DNA of 43,622 nucleotides from a virus (Duplodnaviria > Caudoviricetes), in the IMG/VR virus record IMGVR_UViG_3300032129_000019, positions 1 to 43,622 of that record. The stretch is one strand, 5' to 3'. This document shows, piece by piece, positions 8,340-17,912 of this stretch. Under the pieces are notes generated by a model. It had not been told where the DNA came from and did not search any database. It saw only the letters and a program-made list of their open reading frames with translations. A program made the position numbers and the translations under genes. Every line of letters begins with the position of its first letter. Within the stretch, counting starts at the first letter, position 1.

Positions 8340-8456
8340 GCAAATAAAAACATTCAAAGAAAGTCTTTAACTAAACGTTAAATTATGGTATAATATAAGT
8401 AATGAGAAATATAAATCTTGTTACTTATATTTATACATAAAGAGGGGGAATTAATA

Positions 8457-8720
8457 ATGCGTAATTGTGGCATAGTTCGTAAAATTGATACACTAGGAAG
8501 AATCGTGATTGCAAAAGAATTAAGGGATACACTTAATTTACCAGAAGGAACACCAATGGAAATATATACAGAGGGAGAAAATATTATCTTAAAGAAGTAC
8601 AAGCGTGGTTGTACAATTTGTGGAGATGTTCAAGAGGATATGACAAGGTTTAAGGGTAAAGAGTTGTGTGAATGTTGTATAACGGATTTAAGAAGTTCGG
8701 AGATTGTTTTTTCGGATTAG
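8457..8720 (+). CDS. abrB: AbrB-family transition-state regulator with C-terminal Cys cluster
   Basis: GIVRKIDTLGRIVIAKELR..IILKKY..CTICG..CECC; start moved to ATG after RBS. Confidence 0.85.
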   Translation: MRNCGIVRKIDTLGRIVIAKELRDTLNLPEGTPMEIYTEGENIILKKYKRGCTICGDVQEDMTRFKGKELCECCITDLRSSEIVFSD

Positions 8721-8739
8721 AGTTTAACGGAAAGTTAAG

Positions 8740-8760
8740 TTATACACAGTTTTATACACA
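8740..8760 (+). promoter_or_regulatory. Two tandem DnaA-box-like 9-mers
   Basis: TTATACACA at 8740-8748 and 8752-8760 (consensus TTATNCACA). Confidence 0.45.
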
Positions 8761-8775
8761 GGAGGGGGGGGTAAC

Positions 8776-9135
8776 ATGGAATTAAAAGAGTTTTACAAAT
8801 TACAAAATAAATTAGATAAAGTTATAGTAGATAGCAACTTTAACACTATAGGTGATGAAATGTATGACATACACCATAATGATAAATCGTTCTTAAATGA
8901 TAGAATAACCGCTTTGTTTGTGGAAGTTGGGGAGTTCGCAAACGCTACAAGGTGCTTTAAATATTGGTCAGATAAGCCAAGCGAGAGTAAAGAACGTTTA
9001 CTTGATGAATATGCAGATATACTACATTTTGTCTTTAGTATTGGCAATACGCTTGGTTTTACGGTAGAGGAAATAGAAAAAGCTTACCTTGAAAAGAATC
9101 TTATTAATCATCTGAGACAGAAAGAGGGGTATTAA
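8776..9135 (+). CDS. Dimeric (all-alpha) dUTPase
   Basis: ALFVEVGEFAN..FKYWS..LLDEYADILHF..KNLINHLRQ. Confidence 0.85.
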   Translation: MELKEFYKLQNKLDKVIVDSNFNTIGDEMYDIHHNDKSFLNDRITALFVEVGEFANATRCFKYWSDKPSESKERLLDEYADILHFVFSIGNTLGFTVEEIEKAYLEKNLINHLRQKEGY

Positions 9136-9507
9136 ATGCCAGGCGGTGAGTGCTGCAATTGTGGGAGATGCGGATATGTGGAATTGCATCATGTTATTTT
9201 GAGGTCGCAGGCTCCACATATGAAGAAGATTAATATTAATCTAGTCCAGTTATGCCAAGAGTGTCACCGGTCAGCACCTAATGGAGTACACCACAATAAA
9301 AAACTAGACTTAAAACTAAAACAACAACTACAGACTAGACTACAGACTATGTTTTCAAATGAATTTTATAGCAAAGAGGAAATACAAACTAGTCTAGAGT
9401 GTAATGGTGAAGAAATAGACTTGATACTAAAGAAATTGACATTATATAGTTTAGGCTATAACACAGAACAACTTTGCAGGCGGTTAATGGGTGGCAGATT
9501 GTTTTAA
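9136..9507 (+). CDS. HNH nuclease-like protein
   Basis: CCNCG..ELHHV..NLVQLCQECH. Confidence 0.7.
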   Translation: MPGGECCNCGRCGYVELHHVILRSQAPHMKKININLVQLCQECHRSAPNGVHHNKKLDLKLKQQLQTRLQTMFSNEFYSKEEIQTSLECNGEEIDLILKKLTLYSLGYNTEQLCRRLMGGRLF

Positions 9508-9521
9508 AAGGGGGATATAAG

Positions 9522-9929
9522 GTGGCTAAATACAAGAATGAGAAGATAACTGTTGATGGTTATCGTTTTGATAGCAAGGTCGAAGCAAAATTTTATGACA
9601 AATTAAAAATGGACAAATCAATGGGATTAATAATTAATTTTGAATTACAACCTAGGTTTATACTACAACCTAAATTTATAAAAATGGGTATAAGATATAG
9701 AGCTATTGAATTGAAAGCCGATTTTACTATTTATCACCTTAACGGAGATATTGAAATCATAGATATTAAAGGAATGGCAACTCCTGAATCCAAATTAAAA
9801 CGTAAAATATTCAATGCAACATATGAGAATGTGCTTACGTGGTTAGTGTGGAGTGGCGGACAATGGCTAGAATATGATGATGTTATAAAAGCTAGGGCAA
9901 AACGTAAGAAGGCTAAAAATGATAAATAA
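9522..9929 (+). CDS. DUF1064 PD-(D/E)XK nuclease
   Basis: KYKNEK..DG..FDSK.EA..LQP.F..ADF..DIKG. Confidence 0.8.
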   Translation: MAKYKNEKITVDGYRFDSKVEAKFYDKLKMDKSMGLIINFELQPRFILQPKFIKMGIRYRAIELKADFTIYHLNGDIEIIDIKGMATPESKLKRKIFNATYENVLTWLVWSGGQWLEYDDVIKARAKRKKAKNDK

Positions 9930-10097
9930 AATAACATTCAAAATAGTAGTTAATGAACTCAACAGACAATATTGTAATGAACTAGATGCAAAGCTAGAAA
10001 AGAGTTTACGAAGTGCTTTAGAAGATAAAAGGATAAGCAAGGAAAGACAAAATAAAATAGTAAATGACTTCTGTGATTGCATGGAGGTGGTTGACTA

Positions 10098-10634
10098 GTG
10101 AAAATAGTGGTTAATAATATAAGGCTCCAGTATGACGAAAACAAAGAAGCTGAAATAGTCTTAAAGGCTAAAGGCAACATCAATATAGATGAGTTAAAAG
10201 AAATAATATCAAAAGGCAAAATGTTAGTTGCAGATATTAAACAATATAGAGTTAAAAGGTCCCTTGATAGCAATGCGTATTGTTTTGTATTATGTCAAAA
10301 GATTGCAGAGAAAATTAATTCTACAAAAGAACTCGTATACCAAAAATTTATAAAAGATGTGGGACAGTTTGAAATAGTACCTATAAAAAATGAAGCCACA
10401 GATAGGTGGATTGAGGTATGGAATAGTAAAGGACTAGGGTTCTTCTCTGAAATACTCAAAGATAGTAAATTAGATGGATACAAGAATGTAATATCATATT
10501 ACGGAAGTAGCGTATATAACGGGTTGGAAATGAATTTACTTTTAAATGAAATAGTTACCCAGTGTAAGGAATTAAATATAGAAACTATTTCACCTAAAGA
10601 GATAGCGGAAATGAGCAGATTATGGGGAGTATAA
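10098..10634 (+). CDS. NinB/Orf-like recombination protein
   Basis: RSLDSNAYCFVLCQKIA..GSSVYN..EM.. Confidence 0.6.
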   Translation: MKIVVNNIRLQYDENKEAEIVLKAKGNINIDELKEIISKGKMLVADIKQYRVKRSLDSNAYCFVLCQKIAEKINSTKELVYQKFIKDVGQFEIVPIKNEATDRWIEVWNSKGLGFFSEILKDSKLDGYKNVISYYGSSVYNGLEMNLLLNEIVTQCKELNIETISPKEIAEMSRLWGV

Positions 10635-10803
10635 AAGAAGAATTATTTATAAGAGTATGCCAAGAGTGCAAGGAATTTATAATTACACCTATATCAGATA
10701 CAAAATGTAAAGATGCTGATATGAAATGCACGGGGTTTAAAGAAGTTTGCAATGTATGTTATAAAAATGGTAAAACATTATATTAAAAATTAAGGGGGAT
10801 ATT

Positions 10804-11214
10804 ATGGAAACATTATTAGAAATGGAAGAAAATTTACTGGCTTTAAGTACTGATATATTAAAAATAGAAATGCAATTAGGAGAAGCTAAATACAATGCTA
10901 AAGCAAAAGGTGAATATTCAGACGGAGAATGGTACAAAAAAGCAAACTACGCGTTAGGTATAAAAAAAATTCAAAAAAGACAATTAGATACAGATTTGAT
11001 AATAGCAAGACGCAACGAAAAGAAAAAACAAAGCGAATTGAATATGGCAGAAAGAAAAATAAACGGTGAAATAAAAAGAAATGAAAAAGAAACAAGAATG
11101 AAGCATTTAGGTATTATATTCATGGATATTGCAAGAGAAAATTTAACTGATAAAAAATTTCAGCAAATATTAGATAAAGCATTACTAAAACTCGAGTTAG
11201 GAGGTAAACAATGA
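10804..11214 (+). CDS. Hypothetical protein
   Basis: RBS plus 136-aa ORF. Confidence 0.65.
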   Translation: METLLEMEENLLALSTDILKIEMQLGEAKYNAKAKGEYSDGEWYKKANYALGIKKIQKRQLDTDLIIARRNEKKKQSELNMAERKINGEIKRNEKETRMKHLGIIFMDIARENLTDKKFQQILDKALLKLELGGKQ

Positions 11215-11732
11215 ACATTATTAAAAGATTACTATCACAAATGAGCCTTACAAGGGCAACAGGAAAGAGTTTCAAAGATGTGGGTAAGATGTTAGAGAAT
11301 ATGGACAGTGCAGCTAAGAAAGACTTTAGAGAGGTTACACAATGTATCAAGTAGGATTAATAATTGGGGCTTGGTTATTAGGATTAGCTTTCTTTAAATT
11401 AGTTAAAAGAATTGAAACCTATTCGGATGCACTCGCAGCTACATTTATGATAATAATAATTGCAATCGCAGTAACAGAAATAATATGAGACTATTTTTAA
11501 CTATTTTGGTACTAGCAATCGGTAGCATTATGACTTGTTTATTGATAGGGAGTGATAGATATGACCGCAGATGAAGCAATAGAGAAAAAGAACTGGACTG
11601 AACTAGCAAAAATTATGTTTTTGGAAATACAACAGAAACATAGAGAGGAACTAAAAAAAAGTGATGATGAGTTTTTTAGTTATGCAGTAGCAAAAGCAAA
11701 GAAACAGAAAAAGATTAGAATGGGGGGATAAA

Positions 11733-11915
11733 ATGAAATTAATATTAAGTTGTGTTTGTTGTGGTTCTACTGAATTTGAAAGAAAAAAACTTGATATTAT
11801 AAATGTAGAGGAACATAGTTATTTGCTACACGAAGAATCTAAAGAAGAACAATTAATATGTAAAAAATGTGGATTAGAAGATTATATTGATAATTTAATA
11901 ATAACATTTAGATAG
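11733..11915 (+). CDS. Zinc-ribbon protein
   Basis: CVCCGS..CKKCG. Confidence 0.6.
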   Translation: MKLILSCVCCGSTEFERKKLDIINVEEHSYLLHEESKEEQLICKKCGLEDYIDNLIITFR

Positions 11916-11924
11916 GGGGATAAG

Positions 11925-12341
11925 ATGTACTCTATAGAGAACTTTAAAGACTTATGTACAGAAATAGAAGTTGCTGAAATCAGAATAAATGGATATTTAG
12001 GACAACGTAAATCATTAATGAAGTTATTAGGCGCTCCACAAGAAATACAAGCTATGCAATATTCGGATATGCCAAAAGCTTCACATAATTATATGAGTAT
12101 AGATAGATTAGCTGATAGTATTAACAGACTAGATAATTTGCTATTTTTAGAGGATGAACTATTAAAAGGCATGATTGCTACTAAAATTAAAATAAATGAT
12201 AAACTTAAAAGATTAGATGGTATTGAGTACAAAGTAATATACAAAAGAGAAATAGAAAATAAAACACTAGTAAGGGTAGCAGAGGAGTTAAATTATAGCA
12301 CAAGGCAAGTTAGAAGGATATTGGAAAAGATGTCCACATGA
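11925..12341 (+). CDS. Late-gene transcriptional regulator (ArpU/RinA-like)
   Basis: C-terminal HTH VAEELNYSTRQVRR; last early gene before the terminase. Confidence 0.75.
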   Translation: MYSIENFKDLCTEIEVAEIRINGYLGQRKSLMKLLGAPQEIQAMQYSDMPKASHNYMSIDRLADSINRLDNLLFLEDELLKGMIATKIKINDKLKRLDGIEYKVIYKREIENKTLVRVAEELNYSTRQVRRILEKMST

Positions 12342-12443
12342 TGTCCGCTTTTTAATGTTATAATACTAATATAGAAGTTGACGAAAATCCTTCTAACATA
12401 TTACTAAAGATTAAAATTGATATGTCCCCCATATCACACATAT

Positions 12444-12482
12444 AAAAGAACTTTGGCTTTACAATAGCTTAGGTTCTTTTTT
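12444..12482 (+). terminator. Intrinsic terminator
   Basis: AAAAGAAC...GTTCTTTTTT hairpin. Confidence 0.65.
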
Positions 12483-12961
12483 ACGTTACATAACTAATTG
12501 TAATAGGTGAGTATAAGTTTCCTCACGTAAGTAAACAAATAATAACATACTAGAGGACAAGAGTAATGTTGTACATGGTTTTACCTATTACATTATATAG
12601 AGGTGATAAATATTATAAACATTATATTGTATTTAATATTGCTTATTTTAATATGGAATGGCATAACAATTAATATAAAAGTAGGTAAGTTTAGCTTTAA
12701 TTCAGAGGTTTATTCACTTAAAAGATTTTTTAAAAAAAAATGAGGAGTTGTATTATGAAAAAGTTTATAAAGTATTATATTTGGTATTGGAAAGACATGT
12801 ATAAACAGTTTAAAGCTTATTCTGATACACAATAGATATAAATAGGAGTGATGATATGAATATATTTCAAAGAAACAAAGATATGATATTACCAGCTATT
12901 AATGCATTATTAAGTTTAGCATTAGTATTCACATTGTTATTTATAAATTAGATAGATAGGA

Positions 12962-13150
12962 GTGGTTAAAATAAAACTTATTAATATGGTCAAGAGGGAA
13001 TTAGAAGATATGAAGAATGCAGATAAGTGTCATAACTGTTGTATGTGTTGTGAAAAATATAATACGGTCAAGGAACAAAATAAAGAATGCGAAGCTAGAA
13101 AAGCTAGAGGTAGAATTATACATAGAGAAATAAGAACACTACATAAATAA
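12962..13150 (+). CDS. Hypothetical Cys-rich protein
   Basis: ORF just upstream of terS. Confidence 0.5.
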   Translation: MVKIKLINMVKRELEDMKNADKCHNCCMCCEKYNTVKEQNKECEARKARGRIIHREIRTLHK

Positions 13151-13168
13151 TAAAGGAGGATTAAGGCT

Positions 13169-13621
13169 ATGAAGCTAACAAACAAACAAGAGTTATTTAT
13201 TCAATATTATATGATTAGTCTTAATGCTACCACGAGTTATAATAAGGCTGGGTATGTTACAAAGAATGATGATGTAGCAGCAGTAATGGCTTCTCGCCTG
13301 TTAAGAAATGATAAGGTAAAGACTATAATAGAACAGAGACTAGCACAGAGAGCCTTAGATAATGGTGTAACCTCTGATATGGTATTAAAGGACTTACTAG
13401 AACTTAAAGATAAATGTCTTGGCAGAAAGCCTGTGAGGTTCTCTCATAAAAATAAAGATGATGAATATGAAATCATTGAAAAGACAATATTTGATGCTAA
13501 TGGTGCAAAGGCTTCATTGGAGTTGTTGGGTAAGCATTTAAAACTCTTTACTGAAAAAATAGAGAGTGAAAATGTTAATACTAATATTTCTATTAAAATA
13601 GATGGTGAGGATATTGATTAA
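13169..13621 (+). CDS. terS: Terminase small subunit
   Basis: LTNKQELFIQYY..NAT..AGY..ASRLL..ASLELLGKHL. Confidence 0.9.
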   Translation: MKLTNKQELFIQYYMISLNATTSYNKAGYVTKNDDVAAVMASRLLRNDKVKTIIEQRLAQRALDNGVTSDMVLKDLLELKDKCLGRKPVRFSHKNKDDEYEIIEKTIFDANGAKASLELLGKHLKLFTEKIESENVNTNISIKIDGEDID

Positions 13622-14858
13622 CTTAGATATAAATTCCAAAGTATTTAATAAGATTTATTTAAAATATCAGCTAAAGAATCAAAATAGGTATCAAATTTAC
13701 TATGGTGGGTCCAGTAGTGGAAAGTCCTATAGTCTAGCACAGAGGACTATATTAGACGTTATAAACGGACGTAACTACTTAGTAGTCAGAAACGTTCAAG
13801 CTACTATAAAAAGGTCATGCCTTAATGAAATAACAAAAGCTATAAGTGCATTTAAATTAAGTGAGTATTTTACTATTAATAAAACTGATTTAATAATTAC
13901 TTGTACTTTAAATAATAAGCAAATACTATTCGCTGGGCTTGATGATGTAGAAAAAATTAAGAGTATTACGCCAATCAGTGGCGTTGTAACTGATATTTGG
14001 GTCGAAGAAGCAACAGAATGCGAGTATAAGTCTATTAAGCAGTTAGACAAAAGGTTAAGAGGTCGCAGTAAATTTAAAAAGAGAATGACATTAAGCTTCA
14101 ATCCTATACTTAAGGATCACTGGATATATACTAATTACTTTGACATATGGGAAGATGATAAACAATATGTAGAGAAGAATGATACAAGCATACTAAAGAC
14201 CATATACAAAGACAATGCATTCCTCACACAGGATGATGTAAACGCATTAGAGAATGAAACCGACTTATATTACTATTCCGTCTACACAATGGGTTGTTGG
14301 GGTGTATTAGGGGCAGTAATATTCAAGAATTGGAGAGTAGAAGATTTCACAGACATAGAAGCAACCTTTGATAATTACAAGAACGGACTTGATTGGGGCT
14401 TCGGCGCTGATCCTTTTGCATTTATAAGAAGCCACTACGATAAGACGAGGAACAGGCTTTATATATGCAATGAAATAGAAGCTACAGGCTTATTAAATGA
14501 AGAATCAGCACCAATGGTACTAAACATCATTAATAGGGAAAGGGTTGTGTGTGATAGCGCAGAGCCTAAGAGTGTGGCAGACTTTAGACGATTAAGAGTT
14601 AATGCAGTAAGTGCAAAGAAAGGTCCCGGGTCCATTGAATATGGTATTAAGTTTTTACAAGGTTTAGAAATAATAATTCATCCAAGATGCACTAATACAA
14701 AAGCAGAATTTAGTAAATATAAGTGGAAAGAGGACAAGAACGGAAATGTATTACCTATTCCAGTAGATAGAGATAATCATATTTTAGATGCTTTAAGGTA
14801 TGCACTAGAAGATGTTAATAAGTCTACAAAAGTAAAAGCTGCGAAGTCATTATATTAA
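13602..14858 (+). CDS. terL: Terminase large subunit, PBSX family
   Basis: YGGSSSGKS Walker A, IWVEEATE Walker B, GLDWGF, DNHILDALRY. Confidence 0.95.
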   Translation: MVRILINLDINSKVFNKIYLKYQLKNQNRYQIYYGGSSSGKSYSLAQRTILDVINGRNYLVVRNVQATIKRSCLNEITKAISAFKLSEYFTINKTDLIITCTLNNKQILFAGLDDVEKIKSITPISGVVTDIWVEEATECEYKSIKQLDKRLRGRSKFKKRMTLSFNPILKDHWIYTNYFDIWEDDKQYVEKNDTSILKTIYKDNAFLTQDDVNALENETDLYYYSVYTMGCWGVLGAVIFKNWRVEDFTDIEATFDNYKNGLDWGFGADPFAFIRSHYDKTRNRLYICNEIEATGLLNEESAPMVLNIINRERVVCDSAEPKSVADFRRLRVNAVSAKKGPGSIEYGIKFLQGLEIIIHPRCTNTKAEFSKYKWKEDKNGNVLPIPVDRDNHILDALRYALEDVNKSTKVKAAKSLY

Positions 14859-14872
14859 AATGAGGTGATTAA

Positions 14873-15616
14873 TTGGAACTTGATAAGATTTATAATATAG
14901 ACCAATCAAAAGGTATGAGGCAGATTGACAATAATAGTATTGACTTAATTTCTACCGATCCACCTTTTGGAATAAACTATCGAAGCAATTTTAAAAAAGA
15001 TAAATTTGATAAAATAAAAAATGACGATAACTTAGATTGGTTTCAAGATTTCGCAAATGAGAGTTATCGAGTATTAAAGGATGATTCAGCGTTGTATTGT
15101 TTTACAAGGGCAGATGTATACCCTCAAATGTATAATGCTTTTATAAAAAATGGCTTCAAGTTTAAAAATTTAATAATTGTACCTACTAATAGCAAATGTG
15201 GAGATTTACAAGCTAGTTTTGTTACAAGGTTTGAATTAATCATGTATTTCAATAAAGGTAGAAAAAAATTTGAGAATACGAAACTAAAAAAAACATCTGA
15301 AAGCTATAGAAATGATAAAAGATTTAACGCTCCACCATATGTTAATAGATTACCGGCTTATTGGGATTGGTGCAAAGCAATAGAACATAATTCTAAGTTA
15401 GTCCATCCTGCTCAAAAGAGTATTGATGTATATAATAGCATGATACAAATTAGCAGCAAAGAAAATGATATAGTTTTAGATCCATTTATAGGTAGTGGAA
15501 CGACTTCGATAGCTTGTATTAATACAAACCGTAGATTTATAGGGTTTGAACTTGATACAGGCTATTTTAATATAGCGAATGAAAGAATTGTCGCAGTTAA
15601 AGAAAATGGTAGCTAG
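14873..15616 (+). CDS. DNA N4/N6 methyltransferase
   Basis: TDPPF; HPAQK; VLDPFIGSGTT. Confidence 0.9.
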   Translation: MELDKIYNIDQSKGMRQIDNNSIDLISTDPPFGINYRSNFKKDKFDKIKNDDNLDWFQDFANESYRVLKDDSALYCFTRADVYPQMYNAFIKNGFKFKNLIIVPTNSKCGDLQASFVTRFELIMYFNKGRKKFENTKLKKTSESYRNDKRFNAPPYVNRLPAYWDWCKAIEHNSKLVHPAQKSIDVYNSMIQISSKENDIVLDPFIGSGTTSIACINTNRRFIGFELDTGYFNIANERIVAVKENGS

Positions 15617-16217
15617 TGCTTGCTACACTGCAACAACGATTATTTAATGTTAACAAACTGTAAATGTCGAGAAATGTGGGTTTCACGACGTTTTTATAAA
15701 ATATAGAATGGCTATTTTAAAGGGTTTAGTTAACTTCTCCCACCGTTGGGTAAGAATTTAATTGCATATATGTAGTTTTTAGGGTGGTATTCTCAATTAG
15801 AAATGATAAAAGGGGTGAAAATAATGGGGAATGTAATTTATTACGACGAGTATGCTAGAAAACTTTTACAAAGAGAAAATGATTTCTGTGAAGTTAACGG
15901 ACATATAAATAGACAACTTACTAAAAAAAAATAGAAAAGTTATTTCAATGGGATAGAAAATTAAATATTATTTGTGAATAATTATTTTAAATCTATTAGA
16001 AAAATAAAAATTAAGGAGTGTTAATATGAAATATTATTTTGTTATGGAAAAGAACGAAAGACATATAGTAGTTGCTGAAAATGAGGAAAGTTTACAAAAG
16101 TTTTTAAACAAACCTAATATGAAAGTTGATTCTTATTATGAACTTGTAGCAGATAGTTTCAAGGATGAAGGATTTTTAATGAGTAATTAATATATGCAAA
16201 AGAAAAGGGGTGATTAA

Positions 16218-17567
16218 GTGACAGACATACAAAGTAAAATATTGGCACAATTAAAAGCTGGTCAAGTGATGAACTCTGAAATGTTAAAAGAGTTATTAGA
16301 AGATTTCGCTATCGTTAGCACTGATTTAAAAAAGAAATATAGTCAATTCAAAGCGGATGAATTAAAAATACAAGATAGAGAGTTTGATGATGCTACAAAA
16401 GTTAATAATAAAATTAATAATGACTATAGAGGTACAATTGTTTTAGAATCTACCGGCTATGTATTCGGTAAGCCTATTGCATATCAAGTCGATAAAAATA
16501 TGTATCAAGAAAACAAGTTTAAAGAACTTAATTTAAAACTAAGCGAATTTGGATTGATGAATAATGTTAGTGATTTGGATAGTGAGACAGGAAAACTTCA
16601 AGCTATATGTGGGAAAACTTATCGGCTGTGCTATATAGACACAGATGGTTTTGAAAGAGTTATCAATCTTAATCCTTGGGATGTTATTGTGTTAAAGGAC
16701 AATAGAAATGATATAGTATACGCATTTCGTATTTATAATACATTTAATGTAGAGGGTAAAGAAGTCAATAACGTAGAATTTTACGATAAATTAAACTGGA
16801 CAACATATAGTAATAATGGCGAGGGTGATTATACAGAAATAGATACACAAGCACATTTATTCTCTTATATGCCTATAATAGAATTTTTAAATAACGATGA
16901 AGAACAGGGCGATTTTGATAAAGTAGAAAATCTTATTGATAGTTATGATAATCTTATTAGCGATAGTCAAAATGAACTAGAGGAATTTAGGCTTGCTTAT
17001 ATGAAGTTTAAAGGTTGCGAGATAGATGCAGATACAAAAGAACAAGCAAAGAATACAGGTGCATTTAGTTTGCCAGAGGGCGCTGATGTAGATTTCATTA
17101 CTAAACAGATTAATGATGTATTTCTTGAAAATCATAAAAAAACATTGAATCAAAATATATATAAATTTAGTTCAAGCGTAGATATGAGCGACGAAAGTTT
17201 CTCGGGTGCTTCACAAAGTGGTGAGAGCAGGAAATGGAAATTATTATCACTAGAATTTAAGGCTATTACAAAAGAACGTAAATTTACAACAGGATTGAGA
17301 AGTATGTTCAAAGTTATATCTTCAAGTTGGAATACTAAAGGGATTGAATTAAATTATTTAGATGTATTTTTTACGTTTAAAAGAAGTATACCGGTAGACC
17401 TCTCTTATTTAGGTGATGTAGCAACGAAATTTAAAGGTATTGTATCAGACAGGACGATATTAAGCTTATTACCATTTGTTGAGGATGTACCATATGAAAT
17501 GGACACTATAGCAGAAGAACAAGGAACTACAACAGTAGATTTAAATAATGTTGATACAAATTTATAA
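16218..17567 (+). CDS. Portal protein, SPP1 gp6-like
   Basis: Size and position; GYVFGKPI, LIDSYD, SGESRKWKL. Confidence 0.9.
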   Translation: MTDIQSKILAQLKAGQVMNSEMLKELLEDFAIVSTDLKKKYSQFKADELKIQDREFDDATKVNNKINNDYRGTIVLESTGYVFGKPIAYQVDKNMYQENKFKELNLKLSEFGLMNNVSDLDSETGKLQAICGKTYRLCYIDTDGFERVINLNPWDVIVLKDNRNDIVYAFRIYNTFNVEGKEVNNVEFYDKLNWTTYSNNGEGDYTEIDTQAHLFSYMPIIEFLNNDEEQGDFDKVENLIDSYDNLISDSQNELEEFRLAYMKFKGCEIDADTKEQAKNTGAFSLPEGADVDFITKQINDVFLENHKKTLNQNIYKFSSSVDMSDESFSGASQSGESRKWKLLSLEFKAITKERKFTTGLRSMFKVISSSWNTKGIELNYLDVFFTFKRSIPVDLSYLGDVATKFKGIVSDRTILSLLPFVEDVPYEMDTIAEEQGTTTVDLNNVDTNL

Positions 17568-17582
17568 AAGTGAGGGGAAAAT

Positions 17583-17885
17583 ATGAAAGCTAAAAGCAGA
17601 GAAATAGTAATAGATTTCCTATGTTGGACTGGTAAAAATCAGAATGAAATGTTTGATTTCTTAACAGAAAGCGAAAACCAAAGAGTTACCTTAGAGGGTG
17701 AAGCTTTTAGAATTGATTTAGTTAATGGAGGTTGTCAAGTAGGAGATTTGATTATTAAAACTAAAGCGGGAGAAATGAAAGCGGATATGGGGGATTATGT
17801 TATTAAAGAACCTTTTCCAACAGACAATAGAAAGTTTTATCCATGCAAAGCAGATATATTTAATAAAAGATATGAAAAAGTTTAG
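17583..17885 (+). CDS. Conserved phage protein (PGDYG-like)
   Basis: IKTKAGEMKA.MGDYVIK..FYPCKADIF. Confidence 0.65.
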   Translation: MKAKSREIVIDFLCWTGKNQNEMFDFLTESENQRVTLEGEAFRIDLVNGGCQVGDLIIKTKAGEMKADMGDYVIKEPFPTDNRKFYPCKADIFNKRYEKV

Positions 17886-17912
17886 TATTCCAAATAAAGA
17901 GGGTGATAACAA

